64,000 nucleotides of DNA from an uncultured delta proteobacterium (lineage in GTDB: Bacteria; Desulfobacterota; Syntrophia; Syntrophales; Smithellaceae). Below the pieces are notes generated by a model that ran no database searches, was not told the origin of the DNA, and saw only the letters and a list, made by a program, of their open reading frames with translations. The DNA lies in contig CAVSCG010000006.1 in assembly GCA_963726395.1 (NCBI GenBank), forward strand, positions 31,303 through 95,302, written 5' to 3'. A program made the translations under genes and the position numbers. This document shows positions 31,243-42,426 of this stretch, piece after piece. Position 1 is the stretch's first letter, and each line of letters begins with the position of its first letter.

Positions 31243-32055
31243 ATGAATACGGAAGATATCCTGCATCTTGCCGACCTAAATCTGGCGGAATTTGTTCGTG
31301 AGATGGCGCGCTGGAACAAAGCGGGCGAGATAGTCGAGCAGGATGATCTCTTACTGACGAAAGGCGCCGGACGGTCTCCAGCCACCAATTTTGCAATGTG
31401 CCTGAACAACCGGCAAGGCCGCTCGGGCACTGATTTATTTAATCACATCCAATCTTTTTACAGGGAAAGAAAATCGGGCTTCAGCATTCATATCCGAAAG
31501 CACGCGGATGCAGCGCTTGAATCCGATTTGTATGCAAGAAAAGATGTTATTGATATCCGATGCGCCGGGAATGATGATGGACAAACCACTTCCCGAAAAA
31601 AAGATGCCGGATGGAGTTGAAATCCGTCCGGCCATAGAGGTATCCGCCATTACTGACTTTATTTCAGTAACCATACAAAGTTATCAAAGTCTGGGCATGC
31701 GCTCGGAAGTGGGCGCTAAAATATTTGCATCTCCCGGGAGGCTGCTGAAACCCTATAATCATATCATTGTCGCCTACGATAAAGATCAACCCGTTTCCGC
31801 CGCCATGCTTATATTTTCGAACTCTATAGCCGGCATCTACTGGGTGGGAACCGTGCCCAGCGCTCGCGGCAAGGGCTTAGCCGAAACATGTGTTCGCGCC
31901 GTTACCAACGAAGCGTTTCGGAGAGGAGCGCCGTTGGTCGTGCTCCAGGCAAGCAAATTCGGCGACGCCTGTTTATCAGGCGGATGGGTTTTACAGAGTT
32001 TACCAGTTATCCATGGTATATGTATTTCGAAAAAATAACGGAACTCGGGGGATAA
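31243..32055 (+). CDS. GNAT family N-acetyltransferase, interrupted by several indels
   Basis: AGIYWVGTVPSARGKGLA, LQASKFG; shifted frames give PVYQRMGF ending at TAA 32055. Confidence 0.75.
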
Positions 32056-32056
32056 G

Positions 32057-33008
32057 GTGAGTCAACCCATTAAAATCGTTTTTCTGGACGCTGTGACCGT
32101 CGGTAATGTGGATAATCTCGGCGAAATTTCAACACTAGGAGATTACGACGGTTACGAACTGACCAAACCTGCCGAGCGCATTGATCGGATATCGCGGTCA
32201 TAACGTGGTCGTTGCCAATAAAGTTGTGATCGACCGTGACGTGATGGACGCCTGTCCGGCACTGGAATTGGTCTGCATTCTCGCCACAGGGATGAACAAT
32301 GTCGATCTGGATTATGCCGCTAAAAAAGGGATTGCGGTTAAAAATGTCGCCGGCTATTCCACCGAATCGGTCACCCAATGCACCTTTGCCATGCTTTTTT
32401 ATTTATTAAACAGCAGCGCCTATTATGACGAGTATGTGAAATCGGGTCAGTACGCCGAAAGTCCCGTTTTTACGCACCTTGGCCGGGAATTCCGGGAATT
32501 AAATGATAAACTTTTCGGAATTATCGGGATGGGCACCATCGGCAAACGTGTGGCGCAGGTGGCCCAAGCCTTTGGCGCTCGAGTTGCCTACACCTCGACA
32601 TCCGGCAATAATCTGGAGAGGTCCGGCTACCCGCATCTGCCGTTGGAAGAATTGCTGCGCACCGCCGACGTGGTTTCCATTCACTGCCCCCTGAACGACC
32701 AGACACGGAATTTATTAAACGAGGCTCGACTTCGTATGATGAAGCCGACCGCCTATCTGCTCAACCTGGGACGAGGCGGCATTGTTGATGAACAGGCTTT
32801 GGCGCAAGCCATAAATGAAAACCGGATTGCCGGCGCGGGACTGGATGTTCTGAGTACGGAACCCATCGCTGCGAACAGCCCGCTTTTAAAAGTTCGTAAT
32901 AAAGAAAAATTATACATGACCCCGCACATTGCCTGGGCCAGCATCGAAGCCCGCCGCCTGCTCATCACCCGCACAGCGGAAAACATCAAAAGCTACTTTG
33001 GTAAGTAA
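32057..33008 (+). CDS. D-2-hydroxyacid (glycerate-type) dehydrogenase; frameshift near 32190
   Basis: N-terminal KIVFLDA from GTG 32057; ATGMNNVD, GIIGMGTIG, NLGRG, LDVLSTEP, TPHIAW. Confidence 0.88.
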
Positions 33009-33014
33009 AAGAAA

Positions 33015-33803
33015 TTATTTCTTCTCCTCAGCGGATAAAACATATTTTTTCTGCTCACCGCGCATGTGACGCAGCCAGCGCTCGTAGTGATTGGCTTTAG
33101 CCTGGAAGTATTCGATCACCTGAGGATGGGGCAGGATCAGAAACTCTTCTTTTTCCAGACTTTTGATCACCTCTTCCGCCACTTCTTCCGGGGAGAGAGA
33201 ACCCTGCATCAGGAGCTTTCCGACGCCTTCCGTTTCTTCCGTCAACATGCCGGTGCGCACTCCCAGAGGACACAGACAGCTGACTTTGATGCCTTGATGA
33301 GCATGGGAAATCGACAGCCATTCCGCAAACGCCACGGCGGCGTGCTTGCTGGTGGTATAAGGCGCAGCGCCAAGGGTAGTCAAAAGCCCCCCTGCGGAAC
33401 CGGTCTGCAACAGGTATCCGCCGCCGCGCTCGATCATCGAGGGGAGGACGGCGCGGGCCGCATAGACATGGGCCATGACGTTGACCTCCCAGCACCGCTG
33501 CCAGTCTTCGTTTGGAGCTTCCTCCCCGCCAACTGCCGTGATCCCCGCGTTTGAACAGAACAGATCAATCAGGCCGTATGTGCGGATGGTAATATCCACC
33601 AGATTCTGAACCTGTGCTTCATCGCCGACATCAGTAGTTACTGCGAGGCCGCCAATCTCTTCGGCCACCTTGGCCGCACCGGCTCCATTATAATCGGATA
33701 CGACAATGCCCTTTGCTCCTTCGGCGGCAAAACGCCGGCATAGAGCGCGCCCAATTCCAGAAGCACCTCCGGTGACAACTACAACTTTATCCGTGATCTT
33801 CAT
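33015..33803 (-). CDS. SDR family oxidoreductase
   Basis: [17 protein letters not shown]. Confidence 0.93.
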   Translation of the reverse strand: MKITDKVVVVTGGASGIGRALCRRFAAEGAKGIVVSDYNGAGAAKVAEEIGGLAVTTDVGDEAQVQNLVDITIRTYGLIDLFCSNAGITAVGGEEAPNEDWQRCWEVNVMAHVYAARAVLPSMIERGGGYLLQTGSAGGLLTTLGAAPYTTSKHAAVAFAEWLSISHAHQGIKVSCLCPLGVRTGMLTEETEGVGKLLMQGSLSPEEVAEEVIKSLEKEEFLILPHPQVIEYFQAKANHYERWLRHMRGEQKKYVLSAEEKK

Positions 33804-33870
33804 AAAATCCCCTTTCGAATATAATATTATGATAAAAAGTCATTTAATCATTCATTGCGACGGATCTCCA

Positions 33871-35151
33871 TTACCTGATGGCAACAGGTAGGCGGGGTGG
33901 ACGAGCCAGGAAAGCCAGAACAATACAAGCAAAAAGAAGCGCCGCCGCGATGGTGAATGGAATAAAATAACTTCCCGTCCTATCATAAAGAAATCCGGCA
34001 AGCGTTGGACTGACAGCGCTTGCGAGTGTTACCACGGGCGTCGTCCAGCCTACAATACGGGAGAAGTGACTGCGTCCGAAATACGCGCCCGTGACATTGG
34101 GCAAAAGCACGATCATCCCGCCGAATCCAATGCCGGTTAGAATAGAATAGCTATAAACAAAAAAGGCTCCTCGCGCGTTCATCAGCGACACAATGCCCAG
34201 TCCCATGCAGCCAAAAAAGATGGCTGCCAGATAACGTCCATCAAATCGCATACCCAGAATGCCGCTGATCAGCCTTCCCAGGACACTCATCCCCAGCATT
34301 AGCCCCAGCGCCGTGGCCGATACCATCGGGGAATACTGCAAATCACGGAGATAGGCCACCTGATGAGTGGTCAGCATATTGGTGGCAAACAGAAGCACTG
34401 AAAACAAAATCAACAAAACCCAAAGGGCCGGCGTGCGCAGGGCTTCACGGGCGTTCCAGTCCACAGGCGTTGAATAAACACGACCCCTTGCAGCGCTGTG
34501 AAATTGATCGGATGGACTTGCAGACGCCTGCCCATCCGGTACCTGACCTTCACTCTCCGGAGTATTCCGGATGAGAAGTCCGGCCAGAATAACCGTCAAA
34601 AGAAAATGAAGACCAGCCAGGCAGATCCATGCCCAGCGCCAACCCAGACCGGAAATAAACGAGATGATCAGCGGCGGCAGAAAAAATCCGCCGACACCGC
34701 CAGAGGCGAAAAGAAATCCCAGCGCCAGAGACCTTCTCCTGATGAACCAGTGATTGATGACCGTCGTCACGGCTAAAAATTCGGCAAAAGCCAGGGCCAG
34801 GCCGCCCAGCACCCCGAAAAAGAGATAGACCTGCCAGATTTCACTGACCTGAGACATGCCCAGCAAACCAATCACCGCAAAAATATTTCCCAGAATAATA
34901 TTTTTTCTGGCGCCAAACCGGGCAATGGTCCATCCGACTAACGGCCCCAGCATACCGCCGATAATTAGAAAAAGCGTGTAGGGGCCGGACAGAGTCGAGC
35001 GAGGCCACCCGAAGGTTTCATTCATCGACGGCAAGAAGACGCCGTAGGCGTAAGTAATGTCGCCGCAGATGCCGCCGTAGGCTATCATCACGCCTGTAAG
35101 CGTTATCCAGCCTGAGAAACGTTTTATTTTTGTTTGGGATGGAGTGATCAT
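33871..35151 (-). CDS. MFS transporter (OFA/MCT-like)
   Basis: About 12 hydrophobic segments, WFIRRRSLALG, YFGR. Confidence 0.9.
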   Translation of the reverse strand: MITPSQTKIKRFSGWITLTGVMIAYGGICGDITYAYGVFLPSMNETFGWPRSTLSGPYTLFLIIGGMLGPLVGWTIARFGARKNIILGNIFAVIGLLGMSQVSEIWQVYLFFGVLGGLALAFAEFLAVTTVINHWFIRRRSLALGFLFASGGVGGFFLPPLIISFISGLGWRWAWICLAGLHFLLTVILAGLLIRNTPESEGQVPDGQASASPSDQFHSAARGRVYSTPVDWNAREALRTPALWVLLILFSVLLFATNMLTTHQVAYLRDLQYSPMVSATALGLMLGMSVLGRLISGILGMRFDGRYLAAIFFGCMGLGIVSLMNARGAFFVYSYSILTGIGFGGMIVLLPNVTGAYFGRSHFSRIVGWTTPVVTLASAVSPTLAGFLYDRTGSYFIPFTIAAALLFACIVLAFLARPPRLPVAIR

Positions 35152-35185
35152 GAATTCCGGCGCAAACCTGTTTTTGTTGGACTAG

Positions 35186-35214
35186 AGTATAGGAACAACA
35201 GTTATTCCTGTCAA
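35186..35214 (-). promoter_or_regulatory. Sigma70 promoter of the MFS gene
   Basis: TTGACA-17 bp-TATACT. Confidence 0.7.
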
Positions 35215-35343
35215 ATGACAAATAATTGCAAACATACTGATATTCCTTCATTTATTTTACATTTCCAAAGTCGGGGAAAAGCGCTACAATGTCCACAACC
35301 ATGATGGGCCGCAAGACGGCATATCACAATAAAGGGTTGATAT

Positions 35344-36657
35344 ATGACAGGTTCGGATATTCTGGTTGTTGTGCCGCACAGCGGCGTTGTCATTCCGCCG
35401 GAAATTTCGCTTGAGGACCTTTCTGACGAATTTACCGTGCTGATTAAAAATGTCGATTGGCACACGCAATGGCTGTATGATTTTCGTGACATTCTTGCCA
35501 ATCGGCAGTTGGTCTTCCCCTATTGCAGCATCCTGCTCGAGGCCAACCGCGATCCGTCGGATATTGATGAAAGCGTGCCACTTCACGACGTTTTTGGCCG
35601 TCCGATTTATCGCAAAGGATATGAACCTTCCGCTTCCATGCGGGCAGCCTGGTCCGAGAAATATTTGAAAGCTTTTCACCGAAGCATCGAAGAGAATATA
35701 TCCGCCGGTGCAGGTCTGCTCTTTGACGGTCACTCCACAGTGACTGCCCGCGGTGTTGCCGATAATCAAATCGACCTGATGAATTTTCAGCAGACGGATC
35801 GCGACGAGAAACCGCTCTATTATTGTCCGGATGTGATTGTGGAAACCTATGCCGCCGAGCTGCGCAAACGCCTGCCCGATGTGCTGGTTACCGTGAATGG
35901 TTCGGAGTATGTTACCGTGCACGGTCATGTGTGCGCCGCACATTCGGTCAACGCAATAAAAAGGGTCGGCGCCCGCGCGCCCGCCTTCATCCAGGAAACC
36001 AATGAACGCCTCTTCAAGAACGAAGACGGCACACCGAATGTCGGGCAGATCAACCGGCTCAGGCGCACGTTTGCCGAATCGCTCACACAAACGATTCAGT
36101 CTCTTCAGGAATCGCAAAAAATGTCGATGATCGATCTACATATCGGCAAACAAGTCTATGATTACGATTGCGGCGTGCAAGCGCTCCAAACGGTGATGAC
36201 GTATTACGGCGTGGAAATGGATCGCGATGAACTGATGCGGACGCTCGGCACAACGGAGGAAGGAGGAACGCCGCCTCAGGCCATGATCGCGGCAGCACAA
36301 AGCTACGATTTTGAAGTGAAGTCGGGCACGCAATGGTCACTCAATCAGCTCAAGCAATATGTGGACGCGGGAACGCCGGTGATCGTTCTCTTGCAGGCTT
36401 GGGCGGATCGCTATATGACGCTTGACGACTGGCGTCGCGACTGGGACAACGGCCATTACGCTATTGTCATTGGCGTCAACAAGGATGTTTTGCTTTTTGA
36501 AGATCCAGCGACGATTCGCCGAACGTGGTTGCGCGAACGCGAATTTTTGGCGCGCTGGCACGACATGGATACAAAAACAAGTGAGAAATATGAGCATTTC
36601 GGCATGGTACTTCTTGGAAAACAACCCGCCAAATTATCATTGGAGCACATGGACTAA
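35344..36657 (+). CDS. N-formylglutamate amidohydrolase-like domain fused to a C39-like cysteine peptidase
   Basis: PHSG, DWHT..LYDF, ANR, DGHS in the N-terminal part; Q.....CG, GHY and EDP in the C-terminal part. Confidence 0.8.
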   Translation: MTGSDILVVVPHSGVVIPPEISLEDLSDEFTVLIKNVDWHTQWLYDFRDILANRQLVFPYCSILLEANRDPSDIDESVPLHDVFGRPIYRKGYEPSASMRAAWSEKYLKAFHRSIEENISAGAGLLFDGHSTVTARGVADNQIDLMNFQQTDRDEKPLYYCPDVIVETYAAELRKRLPDVLVTVNGSEYVTVHGHVCAAHSVNAIKRVGARAPAFIQETNERLFKNEDGTPNVGQINRLRRTFAESLTQTIQSLQESQKMSMIDLHIGKQVYDYDCGVQALQTVMTYYGVEMDRDELMRTLGTTEEGGTPPQAMIAAAQSYDFEVKSGTQWSLNQLKQYVDAGTPVIVLLQAWADRYMTLDDWRRDWDNGHYAIVIGVNKDVLLFEDPATIRRTWLREREFLARWHDMDTKTSEKYEHFGMVLLGKQPAKLSLEHMD

Positions 36658-36661
36658 TTAA

Positions 36662-37231
36662 TTAGGTAAAATGCAGTTCCAGGGCACTGAAATCGACCGA
36701 TCCCAAGTGCTTCACATTTTTATGAAATTGTACAATTCCCTGCTCAATGCCTTTTAAGCGCTCGGAGGAAGTAACCAGACAGATACTGAAATTGGCGAGC
36801 TTGCTCACGTCATCCGATAAGAAATCAAAATAACCGGTCATCATGGCTTCTAGAATCCCGGCGGTGGTCAGTTCCGAGCGCCCTTCTCCCGGCAGATCAA
36901 ACGTAAATTCCGTAAGTTTCATAGCATCCACCGCGCCGGCAATTTCATAAGCCGCAGTGTAAATGCGATCATAGGAAAGATCGACGAGATTGCCTAGCCC
37001 GAAAAGAAAAAGTAATTCGGAGCCGATGCGTTCCGGATAAGGGATCGCCACCTTTTCTTTAAAATCGCCGCTTACGTGACCCTGTTTGATTTCCCGTGAG
37101 ATCATGCCGTTGAGACGCCAGTCCATCAACCCGCAAATACCCCGCGGTGGTTTTTCATCGCTGAAAAAACCCAGGACCAGACATTTATGCCTTTGCTGGT
37201 CAGGCGGATGGGTGGACAGATTTAGCTGCAT
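36662..37231 (-). CDS. Stand-alone M17 leucyl-aminopeptidase N-terminal-like domain protein
   Basis: FFSDEKPPRG..GLMDWRLNG.IS, LFGLG. Confidence 0.7.
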   Translation of the reverse strand: MQLNLSTHPPDQQRHKCLVLGFFSDEKPPRGICGLMDWRLNGMISREIKQGHVSGDFKEKVAIPYPERIGSELLFLFGLGNLVDLSYDRIYTAAYEIAGAVDAMKLTEFTFDLPGEGRSELTTAGILEAMMTGYFDFLSDDVSKLANFSICLVTSSERLKGIEQGIVQFHKNVKHLGSVDFSALELHFT

Positions 37232-37640
37232 TTTCTTTATTGATTTTCATATTGAGGGCATCGAGGATGCCATTGATAAATGAGCCGGAATTTTCCGATC
37301 CGAAAATTTTCCCCAGATCGACCGCTTCATTGATGCTGACTTTGGATGGGATATCGTCGCAGTATAGAAATTCAAACACCGCCATCCGCAAAATACTGAT
37401 ATCGACCTTGGACATACGGTTAAGTGACCAGTTGTCCGAACAGCCGGCGATCAGCCCGTCCAACTCTTCCCGATGATGCCAAGTGCCTTCGACCAGAGTG
37501 GATGCAAATTCCTTGGCCGACTTGGGCGCGACAAAATTCCCCCAGAAAAGCTCCAGAGCTTTTTCCACATCGAGATTGACAAAATTCAAACTGTAAAGAA
37601 CCTGTAAGGCAACTTCGCGCGCCTTTCTCCGTCCTTGCAT
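37200..37640 (-). CDS. nusB: Transcription antitermination factor NusB
   Basis: RRKAREVALQVLY, INEAVDLGK, FINGILD. Confidence 0.96.
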   Translation of the reverse strand: MQGRRKAREVALQVLYSLNFVNLDVEKALELFWGNFVAPKSAKEFASTLVEGTWHHREELDGLIAGCSDNWSLNRMSKVDISILRMAVFEFLYCDDIPSKVSINEAVDLGKIFGSENSGSFINGILDALNMKINKENAAKSVHPSA

Positions 37641-37696
37641 CTAATCCTCAATTCCAGAAGCGCCGTATAAAACAGGCGCTGTGTCGCTTGACGCAT

Positions 37697-38167
37697 TTAC
37701 GCGTTCATTTTTTTGAACAGATCAACCATCTCAATGGCCGCCATCGCCGCATCCGCGCCTTTGTTACCGGATTTTGTGCCTGCCCGTTCAATGGCCTGTT
37801 CAATGGTATCTGTCGTCAGCACACCGAAAACAACCGGAATCTCCGCGTCCAGCCCCACGTTGGCGATTCCTTTGGACACTTCCGCGCTGACATATTCAAA
37901 ATGCGGGGTCGCGCCGCGAATCACCGCGCCCAGACAGATCACCGCGTCAAACCGCGCGCTTTTGGCAAGCTTTTTTGCAGCGAGCGGCAATTCGAACGCG
38001 CCGGGAACTTTGTAAATGACGATGTCTTTTTCGTCCGCGCCGGCTCGCACCAGTGTATCCACTGCGCCTTCAATTAACCGGCCACTGATGAAATCGTTGA
38101 ACCGGCTCGCAGCAATCGCGAACTTCATTCCCTTGGCAACAATTTTCCCTTCAATTATTTTCGGCAT
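37697..38167 (-). CDS. ribH: 6,7-dimethyl-8-ribityllumazine synthase
   Basis: [26 protein letters not shown]. Confidence 0.97.
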   Translation of the reverse strand: MPKIIEGKIVAKGMKFAIAASRFNDFISGRLIEGAVDTLVRAGADEKDIVIYKVPGAFELPLAAKKLAKSARFDAVICLGAVIRGATPHFEYVSAEVSKGIANVGLDAEIPVVFGVLTTDTIEQAIERAGTKSGNKGADAAMAAIEMVDLFKKMNA

Positions 38168-38195
38168 GATTTGAGCACCATCCTTATGTTAGTAT

Positions 38196-38243
38196 GAACA
38201 AGGGATTGCAACCACCCCCTTCGGGTGGCAAGACCCCTTGTTC
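38196..38243. repeat. REP-like hairpin inside the rib operon
   Basis: GAACAAGGG...CCACCC/GGGTGG...CCCTTGTTC nested inverted repeat. Confidence 0.5.
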
Positions 38244-38276
38244 TAGTTTTCTGCGCACGACGCGCCTCTTCACTTT

Positions 38277-39479
38277 TTAAAGCTCCAGAATATGACCCAT
38301 CTTACTTTTTTTGGTGGTCATATAGCGAATATTGTTTTCGTTGGGCGGAATTTCAATCGGCATACGCTTTGTGACTTCAATGCCATAGCCTTCCAGACCG
38401 ACAATCTTTTTGGGGTTGTTGGTCATCAGCCGCATTTTATGCACGCTCAGATCCGCGAGAATCTGCGCACCGATACCGTAATCCCTCAGATCCGCTTTAA
38501 AGCCCAGGGCGATGTTGGCCTCTACAGTGTCGTGTCCCGTTTCCTGAAGGGCGTAAGCCTTGATCTTGTTGACCAGACCGATGCCCCGGCCTTCCTGCCG
38601 CATATAGACAATGACGCCTTGACCTTCTTCGCCGATCATCTCCATGGCGCGATGGAGCTGATCGCCGCAGTCGCACCGGGCCGAAGAAAAGATATCGCCG
38701 GTCAGGCACTCCGAATGCACCCGCACGAGCACTTCGTCTTCTTTATGAATTTCACCCTTTACCAAAGCGATATGCTGCATGTCATCCACATCGTTTTCAT
38801 AAATAATGATTTTAAAATCTCCGCCGAAAGAGCTGGGCAGCGATGCTTCCGCTACCCGCCGGATGAGCGATTCATTCTGCATCCGGTAATCAATCAAATC
38901 GGCAATCGTAACGATTTTCAAATCATGCTCACGGGCGAAAATCTCCAGATCCGGCATCCGCGCCATCGTGCCGTCGTCTTTCATAATCTCGCAAATCACA
39001 CCCGACTGGATGAGTCCGGCCAGGCGGCATAAATCGACCGATCCTTCGGTCTGGCCTGTACGCACCAGAACGCCGCCCTTGCGCGCGAGAATCGGGAACA
39101 CGTGCCCGGGGCTCACAATATCATCCGCTTTGGCCACGGGATTCACTGCCGCCAGGATCGTTGTGGCGCGGTCCGCCGCCGAAATGCCGGTGGTCACGCC
39201 GTGACGTGCTTCAATGGATATGGTAAAAGCTGTGCCGAAACGCGCCTGATTGTCTTTCACCATTAGATGAAGTTTCAGCCGGTTAGCAATTTCTTCATTA
39301 ATCGTGAGACAAATCAACCCACGTCCCAGACGCGCCATGAAATTAATCGCCTCCGGTGTGACAAACTGGGACGCCATAAAAAGATCACCTTCGTTTTCCC
39401 GGTCTTCATCATCAACGAGAATAACCATTTTCCCGTTGCGAATGTCTTCAATTGCTTCTGAAATTTTACTGACTGCCAT
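38277..39479 (-). CDS. ribBA: Bifunctional DHBP synthase / GTP cyclohydrolase II
   Basis: [32 protein letters not shown]. Confidence 0.97.
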   Translation of the reverse strand: MAVSKISEAIEDIRNGKMVILVDDEDRENEGDLFMASQFVTPEAINFMARLGRGLICLTINEEIANRLKLHLMVKDNQARFGTAFTISIEARHGVTTGISAADRATTILAAVNPVAKADDIVSPGHVFPILARKGGVLVRTGQTEGSVDLCRLAGLIQSGVICEIMKDDGTMARMPDLEIFAREHDLKIVTIADLIDYRMQNESLIRRVAEASLPSSFGGDFKIIIYENDVDDMQHIALVKGEIHKEDEVLVRVHSECLTGDIFSSARCDCGDQLHRAMEMIGEEGQGVIVYMRQEGRGIGLVNKIKAYALQETGHDTVEANIALGFKADLRDYGIGAQILADLSVHKMRLMTNNPKKIVGLEGYGIEVTKRMPIEIPPNENNIRYMTTKKSKMGHILEL

Positions 39480-39491
39480 TTTTCATCCTTC

Positions 39492-40127
39492 TTATTTGAT
39501 AAAACCATGTTCGGCGAGAAAGTCCTTATCGATTCCCCGCGGCGTTTGCAATAACTTTTCTACGTATTTTCCCAGAACATCCGTTTCAATGTTTACCCAT
39601 TCCCCCTCTTTTTTCCCAACAAGTGTCGTGTAAGCGGCCGTGTATGGAATGATATTAACATAAAACCGGCCTTTTTCAAGCTTGTTCACGGTCAGGCTGA
39701 TGCCGTCGATAGCGATTGAACCTTTTTCCACAATGTAGCGCGATAACGGAGTATCGGCTTCAATAGCAAAAATCAGCGATCCGGACTTCTGCGTTTTACT
39801 GAGAATGCGGCCGATCCCGTCCACGTGGCCCAATACAAAGTGACCGCCCAAAAAGCCGCCGACGCGCAGGGATTTTTCCAGATTAACTTGATGTCCGATC
39901 TGTAAGTGCTTAAGCGTCGTCCTGCTCAAAGATTCGGCGGAAACATCGGCGGTGAATGTTTTAGCCGTTTTAGAGATCACCGTCAAACAGGCGCCGTTCA
40001 CCGCGATGCTGTCTCCCAGGGAAACCTCACTTAAATCGATTGCGGCTTCCACTTCCAGCGTGGCGTCTGCGCCTTTCATCGTGAGGCGAACGACTTTTCC
40101 CGATCCTTCGACAATGCCGGTAAACAT
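39492..40127 (-). CDS. ribE: Riboflavin synthase
   Basis: [30 protein letters not shown]. Confidence 0.96.
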   Translation of the reverse strand: MFTGIVEGSGKVVRLTMKGADATLEVEAAIDLSEVSLGDSIAVNGACLTVISKTAKTFTADVSAESLSRTTLKHLQIGHQVNLEKSLRVGGFLGGHFVLGHVDGIGRILSKTQKSGSLIFAIEADTPLSRYIVEKGSIAIDGISLTVNKLEKGRFYVNIIPYTAAYTTLVGKKEGEWVNIETDVLGKYVEKLLQTPRGIDKDFLAEHGFIK

Positions 40128-40129
40128 AT

Positions 40130-40591
40130 TTATTTTTTACCCTTGCTCAACAAGTCCTTCAATTCGGACATGAATTCTGCAACGTCGCGAAACTGCCGAT
40201 AGACAGACGCAAACCGCACATAAGCTACGCCGTCAAGCGTCTTGAGTTCGGCCATCACTTTTTCGCCGATCACCGAGGAAGGAATTTCTTCGCCCTGAAA
40301 CTCCTGGCAGGCGGCTTCCACGTTTTCGACGATTTTTTCCATGTCCTCCATGCTGATCGGTCGTTTTTCGCAGGCCGTCATCACACCGTTGCGAATTTTA
40401 ATACGGTCAAATGGTTCGCGCCGTCCGTCCTTTTTGACCACCATCGGCAGAATGTCTTCCACGTACTCATACGTAGTAAAACGCCGGGCACAGCCCAGAC
40501 ATTCACGGCGGCGGCGAATGGCTTTGCCATCTTTGCTGATCCGGGAATCGATCACTTTGTTTTCCGCGTTACCGCAAAAAGGACATTTCAT
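40130..40591 (-). CDS. nrdR: Transcriptional repressor NrdR
   Basis: MKCPFC, RRRREC, ATP cone, YVRFASVY. Confidence 0.97.
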   Translation of the reverse strand: MKCPFCGNAENKVIDSRISKDGKAIRRRRECLGCARRFTTYEYVEDILPMVVKKDGRREPFDRIKIRNGVMTACEKRPISMEDMEKIVENVEAACQEFQGEEIPSSVIGEKVMAELKTLDGVAYVRFASVYRQFRDVAEFMSELKDLLSKGKK

Positions 40592-40611
40592 GATTTCGCT
40601 TTACCGCACCT

Positions 40612-41097
40612 TTAGAAATTATTTAACTGCACGACGCTGATATCCGCTTCCTTGAACATCTCCGCAGCCAGTTTATCGCTGTAACCGTTACGGATGACAA
40701 TGCGTGTAATACCGGCGTTGATGATCATCTTGGCGCAAATGACACAGGGATGATTGGTGCAATACAGAGTGGCATCTTTCGCGCTGACGCCATGCAGGGC
40801 CGCCTGAATAATAGCGTTTTGTTCGGCGTGCAGGCCGCGGCATAATTCGTGGCGTTCGCCGGATGGCACTTGAAGCTGTTCGCGCAGGCAGCCGATATCT
40901 AAACAATGCTGTAATTTAGACGGAGCGCCGTTGTAGCCGGTGGCCAGAATCCTTTTATCGCGCACCAGTCCTGCGCCCACCGCCCGTCTGAGACAGGTGC
41001 TACGTCTAGAAACCAGATCGATAATATCTAGAAAATACGTATCCCAGTCGGGACGGGTGCCCAAGACATTATGCGACGGCACGTTTTTTCCCGTCAT
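40612..41097 (-). CDS. Cytidine/deoxycytidylate deaminase family protein
   Basis: [24 protein letters not shown]. Confidence 0.92.
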   Translation of the reverse strand: MTGKNVPSHNVLGTRPDWDTYFLDIIDLVSRRSTCLRRAVGAGLVRDKRILATGYNGAPSKLQHCLDIGCLREQLQVPSGERHELCRGLHAEQNAIIQAALHGVSAKDATLYCTNHPCVICAKMIINAGITRIVIRNGYSDKLAAEMFKEADISVVQLNNF

Positions 41098-41151
41098 ATC
41101 ATTCCGCTTTCTGATAAGCCGCCTGACCAAGACCCCGCCTTGATCCCCTTT

Positions 41152-42402
41152 TTATCCTTTGATCCTTTGCGCATACAGAGGGAACCGGGCGCAAAGCGTT
41201 TTGACTTTTTCGGCCACGGCTTTGATGGTTCGTTCATCATTAATATGATTGATCACATCAGCAATCAGCGAGGCGATCAGGCGCATATCATTTTCCTTCA
41301 TGCCACGGGTGGTGAGCGCCGGCGTTCCGATCCGGATGCCACTCGTGACCATCGGCCCCTGCGTGTCAAAAGGGATGCCGTTTTTATTGACGGTAATGGC
41401 CGCGCGATCCAGAGATTCCTGCGCATCTTTACCCGTCACATTCTTGGAGGTTAAATCAACCAGCATCAGGTGATTGTCCGTACCACCTGACACCAGACGG
41501 AAACCCTCATCTTTTAACTGTTGGGACATGGCCTGAGCGTTTTTAACAATCTGCTGCTGATATGCCTTGAATTCGGGCAATAACGCTTCTTTCAAGGCAA
41601 CGGCCTTAGCGGCGATTACGTGCATCAGCGGACCACCCTGCATGCCTGGGAAAACGCGGCTGTTGAGAATTTTAATATAGGGTTCCTTGCACATGATAAG
41701 TCCGCCGCGCGGTCCGCGCAGGGTCTTGTGCGTGGTGGTAGTAACGTATTCGCAAACGGGAATCGGCGAGGGATGCAGGCCCACGGCAACCAGTCCCGCA
41801 ATGTGCGCGATATCCGCCATGATCACCGCGCCGACTTCGTCGGCCACGGCCCGAAATTTGTTGAAGTCTATCGTCCGCGGATAAGCGCTCGCACCGACGA
41901 CAATCATTTTGGGTTTATGTTCACGGGCCAGCTTCGCCAATTCCTCATAGTCGATGGTTTCCGTTTCACGGCTCACACCGTAAGGAACGATCTTGTAAAA
42001 TTTCCCGGAGAAATTTGCCGGGCTGCCATGCGACAAATGGCCGCCATGCGAAAGGTTCATGCCCAAAATCGTATCGCCGGGTGAAGCAGCCGCAAAATAG
42101 ACGGCCATGTTGGCCTGCGTTCCGGAATGCGGCTGTACATTGACAGCCTCCGCGCCAAAAAGCTTCTTGCAGCGTTCAATCGCCAAACTTTCGACAATAT
42201 CAACATATTCACAACCGCCGTAATAACGTTTACCCGGGTAGCCCTCGGCGTATTTATTAGTCATCACAGAACCCTGAGCTTCTAAAACGGCTTCACTGAC
42301 AAAATTTTCCGAAGCAATGAGCTCCAGCTTTCCCGCTTGACGTCTTGTTTCCAGTTCAATGGCCTTTGCGACTTCCGGATCAACTTGATCTAAAAATGAC
42401 AT
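41152..42402 (-). CDS. glyA: Serine hydroxymethyltransferase
   Basis: [35 protein letters not shown]. Confidence 0.98.
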   Translation of the reverse strand: MSFLDQVDPEVAKAIELETRRQAGKLELIASENFVSEAVLEAQGSVMTNKYAEGYPGKRYYGGCEYVDIVESLAIERCKKLFGAEAVNVQPHSGTQANMAVYFAAASPGDTILGMNLSHGGHLSHGSPANFSGKFYKIVPYGVSRETETIDYEELAKLAREHKPKMIVVGASAYPRTIDFNKFRAVADEVGAVIMADIAHIAGLVAVGLHPSPIPVCEYVTTTTHKTLRGPRGGLIMCKEPYIKILNSRVFPGMQGGPLMHVIAAKAVALKEALLPEFKAYQQQIVKNAQAMSQQLKDEGFRLVSGGTDNHLMLVDLTSKNVTGKDAQESLDRAAITVNKNGIPFDTQGPMVTSGIRIGTPALTTRGMKENDMRLIASLIADVINHINDERTIKAVAEKVKTLCARFPLYAQRIKG

Positions 42403-42426
42403 GAATAAAAATTCCTCCAACAACAA

